A stretch of DNA of 64,000 nucleotides from Myxococcota bacterium. Lineage in GTDB: Bacteria > Myxococcota_A > UBA796 > SXON01. The position numbers and the translations under genes are program-made. Shown one piece after another: positions 9,330-19,300 of this stretch. The number at the start of each line of letters is the position of its first letter. Positions within the stretch are counted from its first letter, which is position 1. The stretch is taken from NCBI GenBank assembly GCA_040386535.1, contig JAZKFH010000002.1, positions 219,678 through 283,677 of the forward strand. The letters are read 5' to 3'. Below the pieces are notes generated by a model. It saw only the letters and a list, made by a program, of their open reading frames with translations. It had not been told where the DNA came from and made no database searches.

Positions 9330-9902
9330 GTGGAACCCCCCTCCCCTCCGCCTGACGACGAGCTTCGGGTGCGCGCGCCCGACGAGGCGCCGTCGGAGCC
9401 GCCCGCCCCGCTGGCGCGCCGCGCCGGCCGCCTCGCCCGGGAGCTCGGCATCACCGTCCTGGCGCTGGTCGTCCTCTGGGTCGGGCTCGGTTGGTTCCGC
9501 GCACCGGAGTTGCCCCGCGCGGCGCCGGACTTCGCGCTGGTAGACCTCGACGGCGGGCGTCACACCCTCGCGGAGCTGCGCGGGCAAACGGTCGTCCTCA
9601 ACTTCTGGGCCACCTGGTGCGGCCCGTGCCGGATGGAGGTGCCGGGCCTCTCCGCGTTCGCCCGTGCGCACCCCGACATCCCCGTGCTCGGCATCGCGGT
9701 CGACGGGGAGCCGGAGGCGCTCCGCAAGGCGGCGAAGGAGCTCGGCATCGACTACCTCGTGCTGCGCGCCGACGCCGCGACGCGCGAGGCGTACGGCGTG
9801 AGCACGCTGCCCACGACCGTGATCGTGGGCCCCGACGGCACGGTGCGGTCCGCGCACGCGGGGCTCATGCTCCAGCCGCACCTGTGGTGGCTCACGCGCT
9901 GA
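9330..9902 (+). CDS. TlpA/ResA-family membrane-anchored thiol-disulfide oxidoreductase
   Basis: TM helix, 'APDFALVDLDG', 'VVLNFWATWCGPC', 'YGVSTLPTT'. Start uncertain. Confidence 0.9.
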   Translation: MEPPSPPPDDELRVRAPDEAPSEPPAPLARRAGRLARELGITVLALVVLWVGLGWFRAPELPRAAPDFALVDLDGGRHTLAELRGQTVVLNFWATWCGPCRMEVPGLSAFARAHPDIPVLGIAVDGEPEALRKAAKELGIDYLVLRADAATREAYGVSTLPTTVIVGPDGTVRSAHAGLMLQPHLWWLTR

Positions 9903-9929
9903 GCCGCCCACGGGCTGAGCCGCGCGCGG

Positions 9930-11345
9930 CTATCCCTTGATGGCGATGACCTGGATGTTGGTCATCTCTTCCATCGCGAAGCGCACGCCCTCGCGCCCGA
10001 TGCCGCTCTGGCGCATGCCGCCGTAGGGCATGTGGTCGACGCGGAAGGTGGGCGTGTCGTTGATGATGACGCCGCCGAAGTCGAGCGTGCGGATGGCGGC
10101 GAGCACGCGGCCGATGTCCCGCGTGAACACGGCGGCCTGGAGCCCATAGTCGCTCGCGTTCGCCGCGGCGAGGGCCTGCTCGAAGTCGTCGTACGGCACG
10201 AACGACGCGATGGGCGCGAACACCTCCTGGTCCATCACCTTCATGCCGGGGCGCACGTTGTCGAGCAGCGTGGGCCAGTACACCGGGCCCTCGCGGCGCC
10301 CGCCGGATACGATCCGTGCGCCGTCCGCCACGGCCTCCTCCACCCAGGACTGGGCGCGATCGACCTCGCCGACGTTGATCATCGGCCCCACGTCGACGTT
10401 CTCGTCGAGCGGGTCGCCGACCACCATCGCCTCGGTCGCGAGCGCCAGCTTCTCCAGGAAGGGCTCGGCGATGCTGCGATCGCCGTAGACGCGCTGCACG
10501 GAGAGACAGACTTGGCCCGAGTTGTAGAAGGCGCCGAGCGCGCACCGCTTGGCGACGAGATCGAGATCCGCGTCGGGCGCGACGATGACCGGCGAGGCGT
10601 TGCCGAGCTCGAGCGTGACCTTCTTGATGCCCGCCCGCGCCACGATGTGGCGGCCCACGGGCGCGCTGCCGGTGAACGTGACCTTGCCGACGCGCGGGTC
10701 GGCAACGAGGCGATCCCCGACGGTGGCCCCGGAGCCCACCACGAGGTTGATGGCGCCCGGCGGGAGGCCCGCGGCGTGCAGGATCTCGCACAGGAGCACC
10801 GACGACATCGGCGTGGACGTGGCGGGCTTGAGCACCACGGTGTTGCCCGCGGCGAGGGCAGGCGCGACCTTGTGCGCGACGAGGTTGAGCGGGAAGTTGA
10901 AGGGGGCGATCGCCGCTACGACGCCGATGGGACGCCGCTGCCAGAAGCCGAAGTACCCTTCGCCCGCGGGCGCGGCGTCGAGCGGGATGGTCTCCCCGTG
11001 CAGGCGCTTGGCCTCCTCGGACGCGACCAGGAAGGTCTGGACCGCGCGGTCGACCTCGACCCGGGCGAACTTCAGCGCCTTGCCCGCCTCGGTCGCGATC
11101 GTGCGCGCGAGCTCTTCCCGCCGCGCGCGGATCCCCTCTGACGCGCGCGCGAGGATCTCCGCCCGCCGCCACGCCGGCATCCTCGCCATCTCGGGCGCCG
11201 CGCGAGCCGCAGCGCCGATCGCCGCGTCCACATCTTCCATCCGCGCGCTGGTCACCGTCGCGAACACGGTGCCGTCGTACTTGTTGCGGATCTCGATGGG
11301 CGGCCCGCCCTTCGCCCACTCTCCGCCGATGAAAAGCCCGTTCAT
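9930..11345 (-). CDS. NAD(P)-dependent aldehyde dehydrogenase
   Basis: 'PFNFP', 'FTGS', 'LELGN', catalytic Cys in 'GQVCLS', 'QEVFAP', 'PYGGMRQSGIGREG'. Confidence 0.95.
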   Translation of the reverse strand: MNGLFIGGEWAKGGPPIEIRNKYDGTVFATVTSARMEDVDAAIGAAARAAPEMARMPAWRRAEILARASEGIRARREELARTIATEAGKALKFARVEVDRAVQTFLVASEEAKRLHGETIPLDAAPAGEGYFGFWQRRPIGVVAAIAPFNFPLNLVAHKVAPALAAGNTVVLKPATSTPMSSVLLCEILHAAGLPPGAINLVVGSGATVGDRLVADPRVGKVTFTGSAPVGRHIVARAGIKKVTLELGNASPVIVAPDADLDLVAKRCALGAFYNSGQVCLSVQRVYGDRSIAEPFLEKLALATEAMVVGDPLDENVDVGPMINVGEVDRAQSWVEEAVADGARIVSGGRREGPVYWPTLLDNVRPGMKVMDQEVFAPIASFVPYDDFEQALAAANASDYGLQAAVFTRDIGRVLAAIRTLDFGGVIINDTPTFRVDHMPYGGMRQSGIGREGVRFAMEEMTNIQVIAIKG

Positions 11346-11459
11346 TGCTGGTGACCCTGGGAGGAGCGCAATCTAGTCCGTAAGCGCTCCGCGGAAAGGG
11401 GGGGCACGACGATTCCGGGCCCGCGATAGGAAGGCGCCTCCGCGAGACGCCGCTCCGCC

Positions 11460-13364
11460 ATGAACCGACGCACCCTCCTCCGCCTCGGCGGGGCCTCGCT
11501 CGCCGCCGCCGGCCTCGGCACGCTCGGCCTCGGCGTCGCCATCCAGCCGCGCCGGATCTACCGGCGGCCCGCCCGCGCCGACGATGCCACGCTCCCGAGC
11601 CAGCTCCCGGACGGGGCCCCGCGGAGGGTCGCGGTGGTGGGCGGCGGGCTCGCCGGGCTGACCGCGGCGATCACGTTGGCGGAGCGCGGCTTCGCCGTGA
11701 CCCTGTTCGAGCAGGCCTCCCACCTCGGCGGCAAGGTGGGCGGGTGGACGATCCGCGCGTTGGGCGAGGACTTCCCGATCGAGCACGGCTTCCACGGCTT
11801 CTTCGCCCAGTACTACAACCTGCGCGAGCTGCTCGCCGACGCCGGCGCGCTCGGCGATCTCGTGCCTTCCACCGGCTACCCGGTGTTGTTCGCCGACCGC
11901 CCGATGGAGCGGTTCGGCACGACCACGTCGATCTTCCCGCTCAACCTGCTCTCGGTCATCACCCAGTCGGACACGCTCCGTTTCAAGGATTTTACCGAGC
12001 CGAGCGAGGGCCTGCTGGACCTGATGCGGTTCGACCCCGCGGTGACGTTCGAGGCGTTCGACGGCATCGACTTCGCCACGTTCGCGAAGGAGCGCCGGAT
12101 CCCCGCCTCCATGGTCGACACCGTGCTCCGCCCGTTCGGGGACACCACGCTCAATCGTGTCGAGCGCCTGTCCGCGGCGGAGGCCCTCCGCTTCTTCCAC
12201 TTCTACTTCATGGGCAACCCCGAAGGCCTCGCCTTCGACTACACCCGCCGCGACTCGATGACGGCCATCGTCCTGCCCCTCGCGGAGCGTCTCCGTGCCC
12301 TCGGCGGTACGATCCGCACCAGCACGCGCGTCCGGCGCATCGACGCGGAAGGCAAGAAGGTCACCGGGGTGGTGGTCGAGGCGGGCGCGGCGGCCGCGGA
12401 CACGCTCAGCCTCCCCGCCACCGACGTGCCCGCTACCGGGTGGGCCGAGGTGCGGGACGCCACCGGGGCCCCCGTTTTCGTGTCAAGAACGGAGAGCGGG
12501 CTGACCGCGCTCGACGGGCGTTGCACCCACAAGGGATGCCCGGTCGGCTTGGACACGGCGACGGGCGGCTTCCGTTGCCCCTGTCACGGTGGCACCTTCG
12601 ACAGGCGGGGCGCGGTCACGGGCGGGCCCCCTCCCCGCGCGTTGGATGTGTTGGCCGCCACCGAGGCCGACGGCGTGGTGACGGTGACACGTCCCGGCTC
12701 GCCGGAGGAGAGCGTGCCCGCCGATTGGTGTGTCGTCGCGTGCGAGGTGCGCGGCCTGAAGAAGCTGATGGCGGCCTCCCAGTACCTCGGCAGCTCCGCG
12801 CTCGCGGTGCAGGTGGCCTCCCTCGGCGAGTCCGAGCCCTACGTGGTCCTGCGCGTTTGGCTCGACCGTCCGGTGCGGGCCGAGCGGGACGCCTTCTACA
12901 CCACGTCCCGCTTCCGGTACACCGACTCGATCGCGGTCTACTCCGCGTTCCAGGAGCCGTTCGTGGCCTGGGCCCAGCGCACGGGCGGGGCGGTGATCGA
13001 GCTGCATGCCTACGCGGTCGCGGCGGAGGACATGGCGCCCATCGACCAGATCCGCGTCGCGATGATCGCGGAGATGACACGGATGTTCCCCGAGCTCGAG
13101 GGCGCCGCGGTGCTGCACCACGAGATGCAGCTGCAGGACGACTTCAGCCGCTTCGCGCCGGGGGACTGGACCATGCGCCCCGGGACCACCACGAGCATCC
13201 CCAACCTGCTATTGGCAGGGGATCACGTGAAGCTCGACGTGGTGGCCCACCTGATGGAGGCGGCCTGTGTCAGCGGGCGTGTCGCCGCGAACGTGGTCCT
13301 CTCGACGGAGGGGCTGCGCGAGGTGCCAATCCCCACGGTGGATCCGAAGGGGCCGCTGGCGTAG
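11460..13364 (+). CDS. FAD-dependent desaturase with inserted Rieske domain, CrtU/CruE-like (putative aromatic carotenoid synthase)
   Basis: GGGLAG FAD motif, 'IEHGFHGFFAQYYNL', 'FHFYFMGNPEGLAF', Rieske CTHKGC...CPCHGG, C-terminal 'AGDHVK..LMEAACVSG..AAN'. N-terminal twin-arginine MNRRTLL. Confidence 0.75.
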   Translation: MNRRTLLRLGGASLAAAGLGTLGLGVAIQPRRIYRRPARADDATLPSQLPDGAPRRVAVVGGGLAGLTAAITLAERGFAVTLFEQASHLGGKVGGWTIRALGEDFPIEHGFHGFFAQYYNLRELLADAGALGDLVPSTGYPVLFADRPMERFGTTTSIFPLNLLSVITQSDTLRFKDFTEPSEGLLDLMRFDPAVTFEAFDGIDFATFAKERRIPASMVDTVLRPFGDTTLNRVERLSAAEALRFFHFYFMGNPEGLAFDYTRRDSMTAIVLPLAERLRALGGTIRTSTRVRRIDAEGKKVTGVVVEAGAAAADTLSLPATDVPATGWAEVRDATGAPVFVSRTESGLTALDGRCTHKGCPVGLDTATGGFRCPCHGGTFDRRGAVTGGPPPRALDVLAATEADGVVTVTRPGSPEESVPADWCVVACEVRGLKKLMAASQYLGSSALAVQVASLGESEPYVVLRVWLDRPVRAERDAFYTTSRFRYTDSIAVYSAFQEPFVAWAQRTGGAVIELHAYAVAAEDMAPIDQIRVAMIAEMTRMFPELEGAAVLHHEMQLQDDFSRFAPGDWTMRPGTTTSIPNLLLAGDHVKLDVVAHLMEAACVSGRVAANVVLSTEGLREVPIPTVDPKGPLA

Positions 13365-13387
13365 CGCCGCACGCCTCTCCGTTACCG

Positions 13388-14434
13388 TCACCCTTCGCCG
13401 AGGAGCCGCGCGAGGCCGGGCCACCAATCGTCCACACCCACGTCGACCGCGTCCAGCGGGGCCTCGACATAGCCGCGCGTGCGATCGGCCCGCACCGCCA
13501 GGATGCCGGCCCGAAGTGGTCCGACGGGGCTCGGCCCCTCGTAGTCCCACCAGTACGCGCCACGCCAGGGCCGGGACCCGAAGGCGGCGGCCAACGTGTC
13601 ACGCACCCCCCCGCCGGGGAACCGATCGCCTGCCCACGCTTGTGTGTAGAGCACGGCGAGCCCTCCGGGGGCCAGCAGCGTGGGGAGCAGCTCGAGCACC
13701 TCGCGTAGCAGGTTCCGGTCCTCTGCCACGGTGTGCACCGGCGCCGCCGCGAGGCCGCTCCACGGCACGAGCAACGGGAGCACGAAGCTCACCCGGTCGA
13801 ACGTGCCGAGCGTGCACGCCTCGGCCCCGGCGCCCGTGTAGGGCCGGATGTTGGGGAGGCCCGACAGCGCGGCGGTGCGGTGACACCCCAGGCCGGCGCG
13901 GGGGTTGATGTCGAGCGCGATGGTCTCCAACGCGGAGCGGGCCGCGCGCGCGGCCACCCCGCCGCCGCCGCTCCCGAGGTCGAGGTGGCGCGCGACAGGC
14001 TCGCACGGGAGGCAGCGCCGCACGGCCAACGTGGTGCTGTCGGGGAGGAACAGGCCGTCGTTGCCGGTGAAGGCGCGGGTGGGTGTGTCGGTCCAGACCA
14101 GGTCGAATTCGAGGGGTACGATGGTGCCGTCCAACGTGACACCTTCTGGCGTCTCGTCGAGGAGTCGGGCGGACCACGCCGCCTCCGGGAGGGCCGCCCG
14201 CGCGCGCTCGGAGGAGATCGCGCCACCGCGGAGGAGCAGCTCCACCTGGTCACCCAACACCCCTTCGGCGCAGTTGGCGCGCTCCCACCAGCGCCCGTCC
14301 ATCTGCTTGCCGTTCCACGCGATGATGCCGATGGCCTGGGCCACGGCGCGGGGGCGATAGGTCCCGGCGCGGAGCGCGGCGCCGAGCGCGCGGGTGTCCG
14401 CCATCCAATCCGGGGGCTCGACGGGGAGGAGCAT
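13388..14434 (-). CDS. Class I SAM-dependent methyltransferase (MTS/HemK-like)
   Basis: 'HLDLGSGGGG', 'ALDINPRA', 'LLAPGGLAVL'. Confidence 0.75.
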   Translation of the reverse strand: MLLPVEPPDWMADTRALGAALRAGTYRPRAVAQAIGIIAWNGKQMDGRWWERANCAEGVLGDQVELLLRGGAISSERARAALPEAAWSARLLDETPEGVTLDGTIVPLEFDLVWTDTPTRAFTGNDGLFLPDSTTLAVRRCLPCEPVARHLDLGSGGGGVAARAARSALETIALDINPRAGLGCHRTAALSGLPNIRPYTGAGAEACTLGTFDRVSFVLPLLVPWSGLAAAPVHTVAEDRNLLREVLELLPTLLAPGGLAVLYTQAWAGDRFPGGGVRDTLAAAFGSRPWRGAYWWDYEGPSPVGPLRAGILAVRADRTRGYVEAPLDAVDVGVDDWWPGLARLLGEG

Positions 14435-14443
14435 GGGGCGTCC

Positions 14444-16366
14444 TTACAGGGTGGGGGCGGCGAGGATGCGCACGCCGAGGCCGTCGATGGTGACACGGGT
14501 CCCGCGCACCTGCCCGTCGGTGTAGAGATCCTGGGCGGTCCCGGTCGTGAACACGGGCGTGGTGTCGTCCGTGGCGGGAACGTCCACGGTGGCGGCCGCC
14601 TCGCCGAAGTTGAGCAGCACCACCACGTTCTCTGCGGGGTCGGGCGCGATGCGCACGTAGCCGAGCATCGAGGGGTGGTCGCCCAGGTCCAACAGTGCCC
14701 ACTCGCGCGAACGCAGCGCGGCGAGGTCCCGCCGGAGCCGGATGAGGCGCTGGTAGACGGGCGTGAGCGCGGACGGATCCGCCCAATCGAGCACCGGCCC
14801 CTCGTCGTAGGGCTCGAACTCGGCGCCGACGTCCTGCCCGGTGTAGACCAGCGGCAGGCCCGGCACCGTGATCGTGAGCGCCGCCGCGACCGGCACCCGC
14901 GCCGCGCCGTGTCGGGTGACGAAACGCTCGCCCGTGTCGTTGTTCTCCAGGAAACGAAGCAGCAGCGCGTCGTCGTCGAAGCCCTCCCCCTCGTTGGTCA
15001 ACGCGTCCACGAGCGCGGCCACGTCGGGCTCCTCGGCGTCGAAGGCCGCCTGCCACGCCCACTCGCCGGGCTCCCACGTCCAATCGTAGGCGGCGTCGAA
15101 GCCGTGCCCGAACCAGGTTGGATCCCTCCCTGAACCCTCCGCGAGCAGCAGGAGATCGGGCTTGATCCGCTTGAGCTCCGCGCGCCACTCCGCCCAGAAG
15201 TCGGGCGCCCGCTCGGACACCCCCCATGCCACGTCGGCGCGGAACCCGTCGATGTCAAAATCGCGCACCCAGTGGGCGAACGCCTCGGTCATGTACCGGC
15301 GCACCTCGGGGTTGTCGTAGTCGAGGTTCGGAAGGTTGTCCCAGCCGAAGTAGTACGTCACCTCTCCGTCCGCGCCCCGGTCGTACCAATCGTGGTAGGG
15401 CGAGGCCGCCCCGGTCCGCTCCTGCTCCTTGTAGTAGGGGTGGCGGTCAGAGGTGTGGTTGGGGACGAAATCCATGATGACGCGCATGTCGCGCGCGTGC
15501 GCGCCGTCGATCAGCTCGCGCAGGTCGGCCTCGGTGCCGAAGGTCTCGCGCAGGGTGAACGGGTCGGTGACCGCGTAGCCGAAGTCGTCGTCCGGGCACG
15601 CGAGGATCGGGGAGAGCCACAACACCGTGACACCCAAGTCATCGAGCGCGTCGAGGCGCGCGGTGACATCGTCGAAGCCGGCCTCGCCGAAGAAGAACGG
15701 CACGACGCCGTACACCACCGCGCCGTCGACCCAGTCGGGGTGCTCGTCCGTCAGATCGACCAGCAGCGGCTCGCCGTAGGACACACGGAAGGTGGCCACG
15801 CTCGTGTCGGTGTTGCCGTTGGTGTCGGTGACCGTGAGGCGGACGTAGTACTCCCCGTCCTCCGCGGGTGTCGCGAGCGTCAGGGACTCGCCCGGCACCC
15901 CCGTCTCCGTGAGGGCCGCGCCGTCGGTGAGCGTGAGGTCCGCGGGGTTGCCATCGCGCGCGGTCCACGCGTACCGCGCGATCGAGCCCGTGCCCGCCTC
16001 GCTCGGCGCGCTGCCGCCGCCTTCGAGCAGCACGCCCTCGTCGGCGATGCGGACGCGCACACGCGCTGTCGGCCGATCGGCGAGGCGCACGTTCCAGGGT
16101 TGGGCGGCCGAGCGATGCTCCCCTCCCCCCGTGACACAAATCGCCACGACCTCGTTCGCGCCGGCGGCGAGCGGCACGTCCGCGGCGAAGCGGGCCGCGT
16201 CCCGCGTGGCGAGGATGCGCCCGCGGGAGGACTCGACCCACACCTCGTCGCAGGTCTCGCTCGTCGTGCCGGTCAGGCGGGGAGTGAAGGTGAACGCGTC
16301 CCCCCCGGGGCCGTCGAGCGAGACGTACGCCGCGGGCGCGCACGCGAGGAGCAGGAGTGCGAGCAT
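14444..16366 (-). CDS. GH13 alpha-amylase-family glycoside hydrolase lipoprotein with Ig/PKD-like N-terminal domains
   Basis: Lipobox MLALLLLAC. GH13 regions 'MDFVPNH', 'DGFRADVA', 'LLAEG', 'FLENND'. PKD-like 'YYVRLTVTDTNG'. Confidence 0.9.
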   Translation of the reverse strand: MLALLLLACAPAAYVSLDGPGGDAFTFTPRLTGTTSETCDEVWVESSRGRILATRDAARFAADVPLAAGANEVVAICVTGGGEHRSAAQPWNVRLADRPTARVRVRIADEGVLLEGGGSAPSEAGTGSIARYAWTARDGNPADLTLTDGAALTETGVPGESLTLATPAEDGEYYVRLTVTDTNGNTDTSVATFRVSYGEPLLVDLTDEHPDWVDGAVVYGVVPFFFGEAGFDDVTARLDALDDLGVTVLWLSPILACPDDDFGYAVTDPFTLRETFGTEADLRELIDGAHARDMRVIMDFVPNHTSDRHPYYKEQERTGAASPYHDWYDRGADGEVTYYFGWDNLPNLDYDNPEVRRYMTEAFAHWVRDFDIDGFRADVAWGVSERAPDFWAEWRAELKRIKPDLLLLAEGSGRDPTWFGHGFDAAYDWTWEPGEWAWQAAFDAEEPDVAALVDALTNEGEGFDDDALLLRFLENNDTGERFVTRHGAARVPVAAALTITVPGLPLVYTGQDVGAEFEPYDEGPVLDWADPSALTPVYQRLIRLRRDLAALRSREWALLDLGDHPSMLGYVRIAPDPAENVVVLLNFGEAAATVDVPATDDTTPVFTTGTAQDLYTDGQVRGTRVTIDGLGVRILAAPTL

Positions 16367-16373
16367 GCCGCCA

Positions 16374-19300
16374 TCATCGCACGGCCGCGCGTGTCCCGCC
16401 GGCCGCGTGGTGCGGGGACCCGCGTCGACGCCTGCGCCGGATCCCCATCCCGAGGGCGAGCAGGAGGACGAATTTGCCTCCCCCTCCGCCCCCGGCGCTC
16501 GAGCATCCGCCCCCCTCCGCGGGGGGGGCCGGAGGCGAGCCGGCGTCTCGCTCCGTCGCGTCCGCGCCGTCGCAGTCCTGGTCGAGGGCGTCGTCCAGGA
16601 CCTCGGTGGCACCCGGGAACACGACGGCGTTGGTGTCGTCGCAGTCCGCCTCGGTCCCCGCGAGGTACCCGTGGGGGGCGGCGCACGCGTCGACCCGCGT
16701 CACCGGATCCGTGAAGCCGTCTCCATCGCGGTCCAGGTACCAACTGGAGGCGTCGGTGGCGCCCTCGTCCCTCGAGCCGTCACAGTCGTCGTCCACCGCG
16801 TTGCACAGCTCCGTCGCGTCGGGATGCACGTCTCCGACGCTGTCGTCGCAGTCGTCACACGCTGGGAAGCCGTCCGCGTCCCCATCCACCAGGCCGGTGG
16901 CGCCGTCACAGTTGTAGTCGACCGGATCGGCGCAGTCCGACTCGTCCGCGCCCGGATGGTACGCGGCGTCCGCGTCGTCGCAGTCCCCCGTGGGTGTGGC
17001 GGCGGTGGCCTCTCCACCGTCCTCGCAGTCCTCGTCCCGACTCGCGACGAGGACGTCTACGTCGGGCCGGTACCCGTCGGCGTCCGCGTCGGCCCGGCAG
17101 AGCTCGCCGCCGTCGCAGTCGCCGTCCACGCCGTCGTCCACGCCCTCGACCCCGTCCGGATTGATCGACGCGTCCTCGTCGTCACAGTCCCGGCAAGCCA
17201 CCCAACCGTCGCCGTCCGCGTCGGCATAGGCGGTGGATCCGTCGCAATTGTAATCGGTCGGGTCGGTGCAATCCCGCTCGGCCGCGCCGGGATGGAAGGC
17301 GGCATCGGCGTCGTCACAATCTCCGTCCCGCGCCCGCGAGGATGCCTCGCCCGCGCCGTCGCAGGCCACGGACGCGGAGATGACGGTGGTGGCATCGGCG
17401 CGGTAGCCGTCTCCGTCCGCGTCCACGTAGCAGAGCTCGGCGTTGTCGCAGTCGCTGTCCACGCCGTCGCCCACGAGCTCGACGCCGTCGGGGCGCACCG
17501 ACGCGTCGGCGTCGTCACACTCCAGGCACGCGGCCCACCCGTCGCCATCCGCGTCGGCGTAGAGCACCGACCCGTCACAGTCGTAGTCGTTCGGGTCGGT
17601 GCAATCGATCTCCTCCGCGCCCGGGTGGTACGCGGCGTCGGTGTCGACACAGTCCCCCGTGGGCACGGAGGCGGCGGCCTCTCCCGGATCCGCACAATCA
17701 ACGTCGCTGCTCGCCACGGTGGCGCCGCCGTCGGCGGCGTATCGGTCGCCGTCGGCGTCGGCGAAACACACCTCGCCGCCGTCACAGTCACCATCCACTT
17801 CGTCACCTACGATCTCGGCAGCGGCGGCGTTGATCGACGCATCGAGGTCGTTGCAGTCGAAGCACGCGGCCCAACCATCGCCGTCCCAATCTGTAGCGCC
17901 CGTGGTGCCGTCACAGTTGTAATCGTTGGGATCCGCACAATCCGTCTCGACCGCGCCCGGGTGGTACGCGGGGTCGGTGTCGTCACAATCGTCGTTCGTC
18001 GAGGCGTAACCGGCCACGCTCGGGCAGACCTCCGCCGTGGCTGCTCCGCCGTGTCCGTCGCCGTCGGCGTCGACGTAGCGGGTCGAGGCCGCGCCCAGGC
18101 TCGCATCGGTGTCGTCGCAGTCCTCGGTGGCGACGACGCCGTCCCCGTCGGCGTCCCCGTAGCCGAGGTACACGTAGGCGGCGCCCTCGTATCCACGGGA
18201 GGCATAGGCCCCCACGATCACGTCCCCATAGCCATCCCCGTTCACGTCCCCGGCGTCCGCCACGGCGTAGCCGAAGTTCGCGTCCCATTCGCCGACGAGG
18301 GTGGTCTCCGGGGTGGTCACGAGCCCGCTCGCCGAGCCGGCGTAGATGAACACCCGCCCGAGCGAGTCGTAGTCGAACCCGTAGGCCCCGACGATCACGT
18401 CGGCGTAGCCGTCCCCGTTCACGTCCCCCGCGCTCGACACGGCGCCCCCGAAGAACGCGCCGTCCGCCTCACCGGACAGGACCGTCGGGGTCGCCGTGAC
18501 CACCCCGCTCGCGGAGCCGGCGTACAGGTACGCCCGCCCGACCGAGTCGTCGTACTTCGGCACGCCCACCATCACTTCGTCGTAGCCGTCCCCGTTCACG
18601 TCCCCCGCGCCCGACACGGCGAACGCGAAGTAGAGGAGGGTCGACTCCCCGACCATCGTCGCCGCGGGGGTGGTCGAGATCCCGCTCGCCGTGCCCGAGA
18701 ACACGTACGCGGCCCCCACCGACCCTTCGTACCTGTACGCGCCCACGATCACGTCGTCGTAGCCGTCTCCGTTCACGTCCCCCGCGCCCGACACGGCCGA
18801 CCCGAACAGGTCGTAGATCGCCCCGGTGGCGAGCGTGCCGGCGGCGGTCGGGGTGATCCCGCTCGCCGATCCGGCGTACACCGACACCTGGCCGATGTCG
18901 CCGTACGCGTACCCGGGCGCGCCCGCGACGATGTCGGCGTAGCCATCCCCGTTCAGGTCCCCCGCGTCGGAGACGGAGTACCCGAAGGCCTTGACGCCCG
19001 GGGCCCGGGTCAGCGTGGTGGGGCTGGACAACCCGGTCGCGGAGCCGGGGTACAGGTATACGCGGCCCGCCATCGACTCGTACCCGTACGCACCCACGAT
19101 CACGTCGTCGTAGCCGTCTCCGTTCACGTCTCCCGCGCCCGACAACGAACGGGCGAAGTAGTTGGTGGTCCCCTCCCCGGTCAACGTGGTGGCCGCGGTG
19201 GTCGCCACGCCGGTGGCCGAGCCGGGGAACAGGTAGGCGCGGCCGGTCGAACCGCTGTACCCCCATGCACCCACGATCACGTCGTCGTAGCCGTCATTGT

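Noticed and set aside
13388..14434. Methyltransferase as a partner of the CrtU-like enzyme (carotenoid methylation)
   Set aside because: It is convergently transcribed, belongs to the opposite-strand run with the GH13 gene, and is a class I MTS/HemK-like type. Nothing supports a link.
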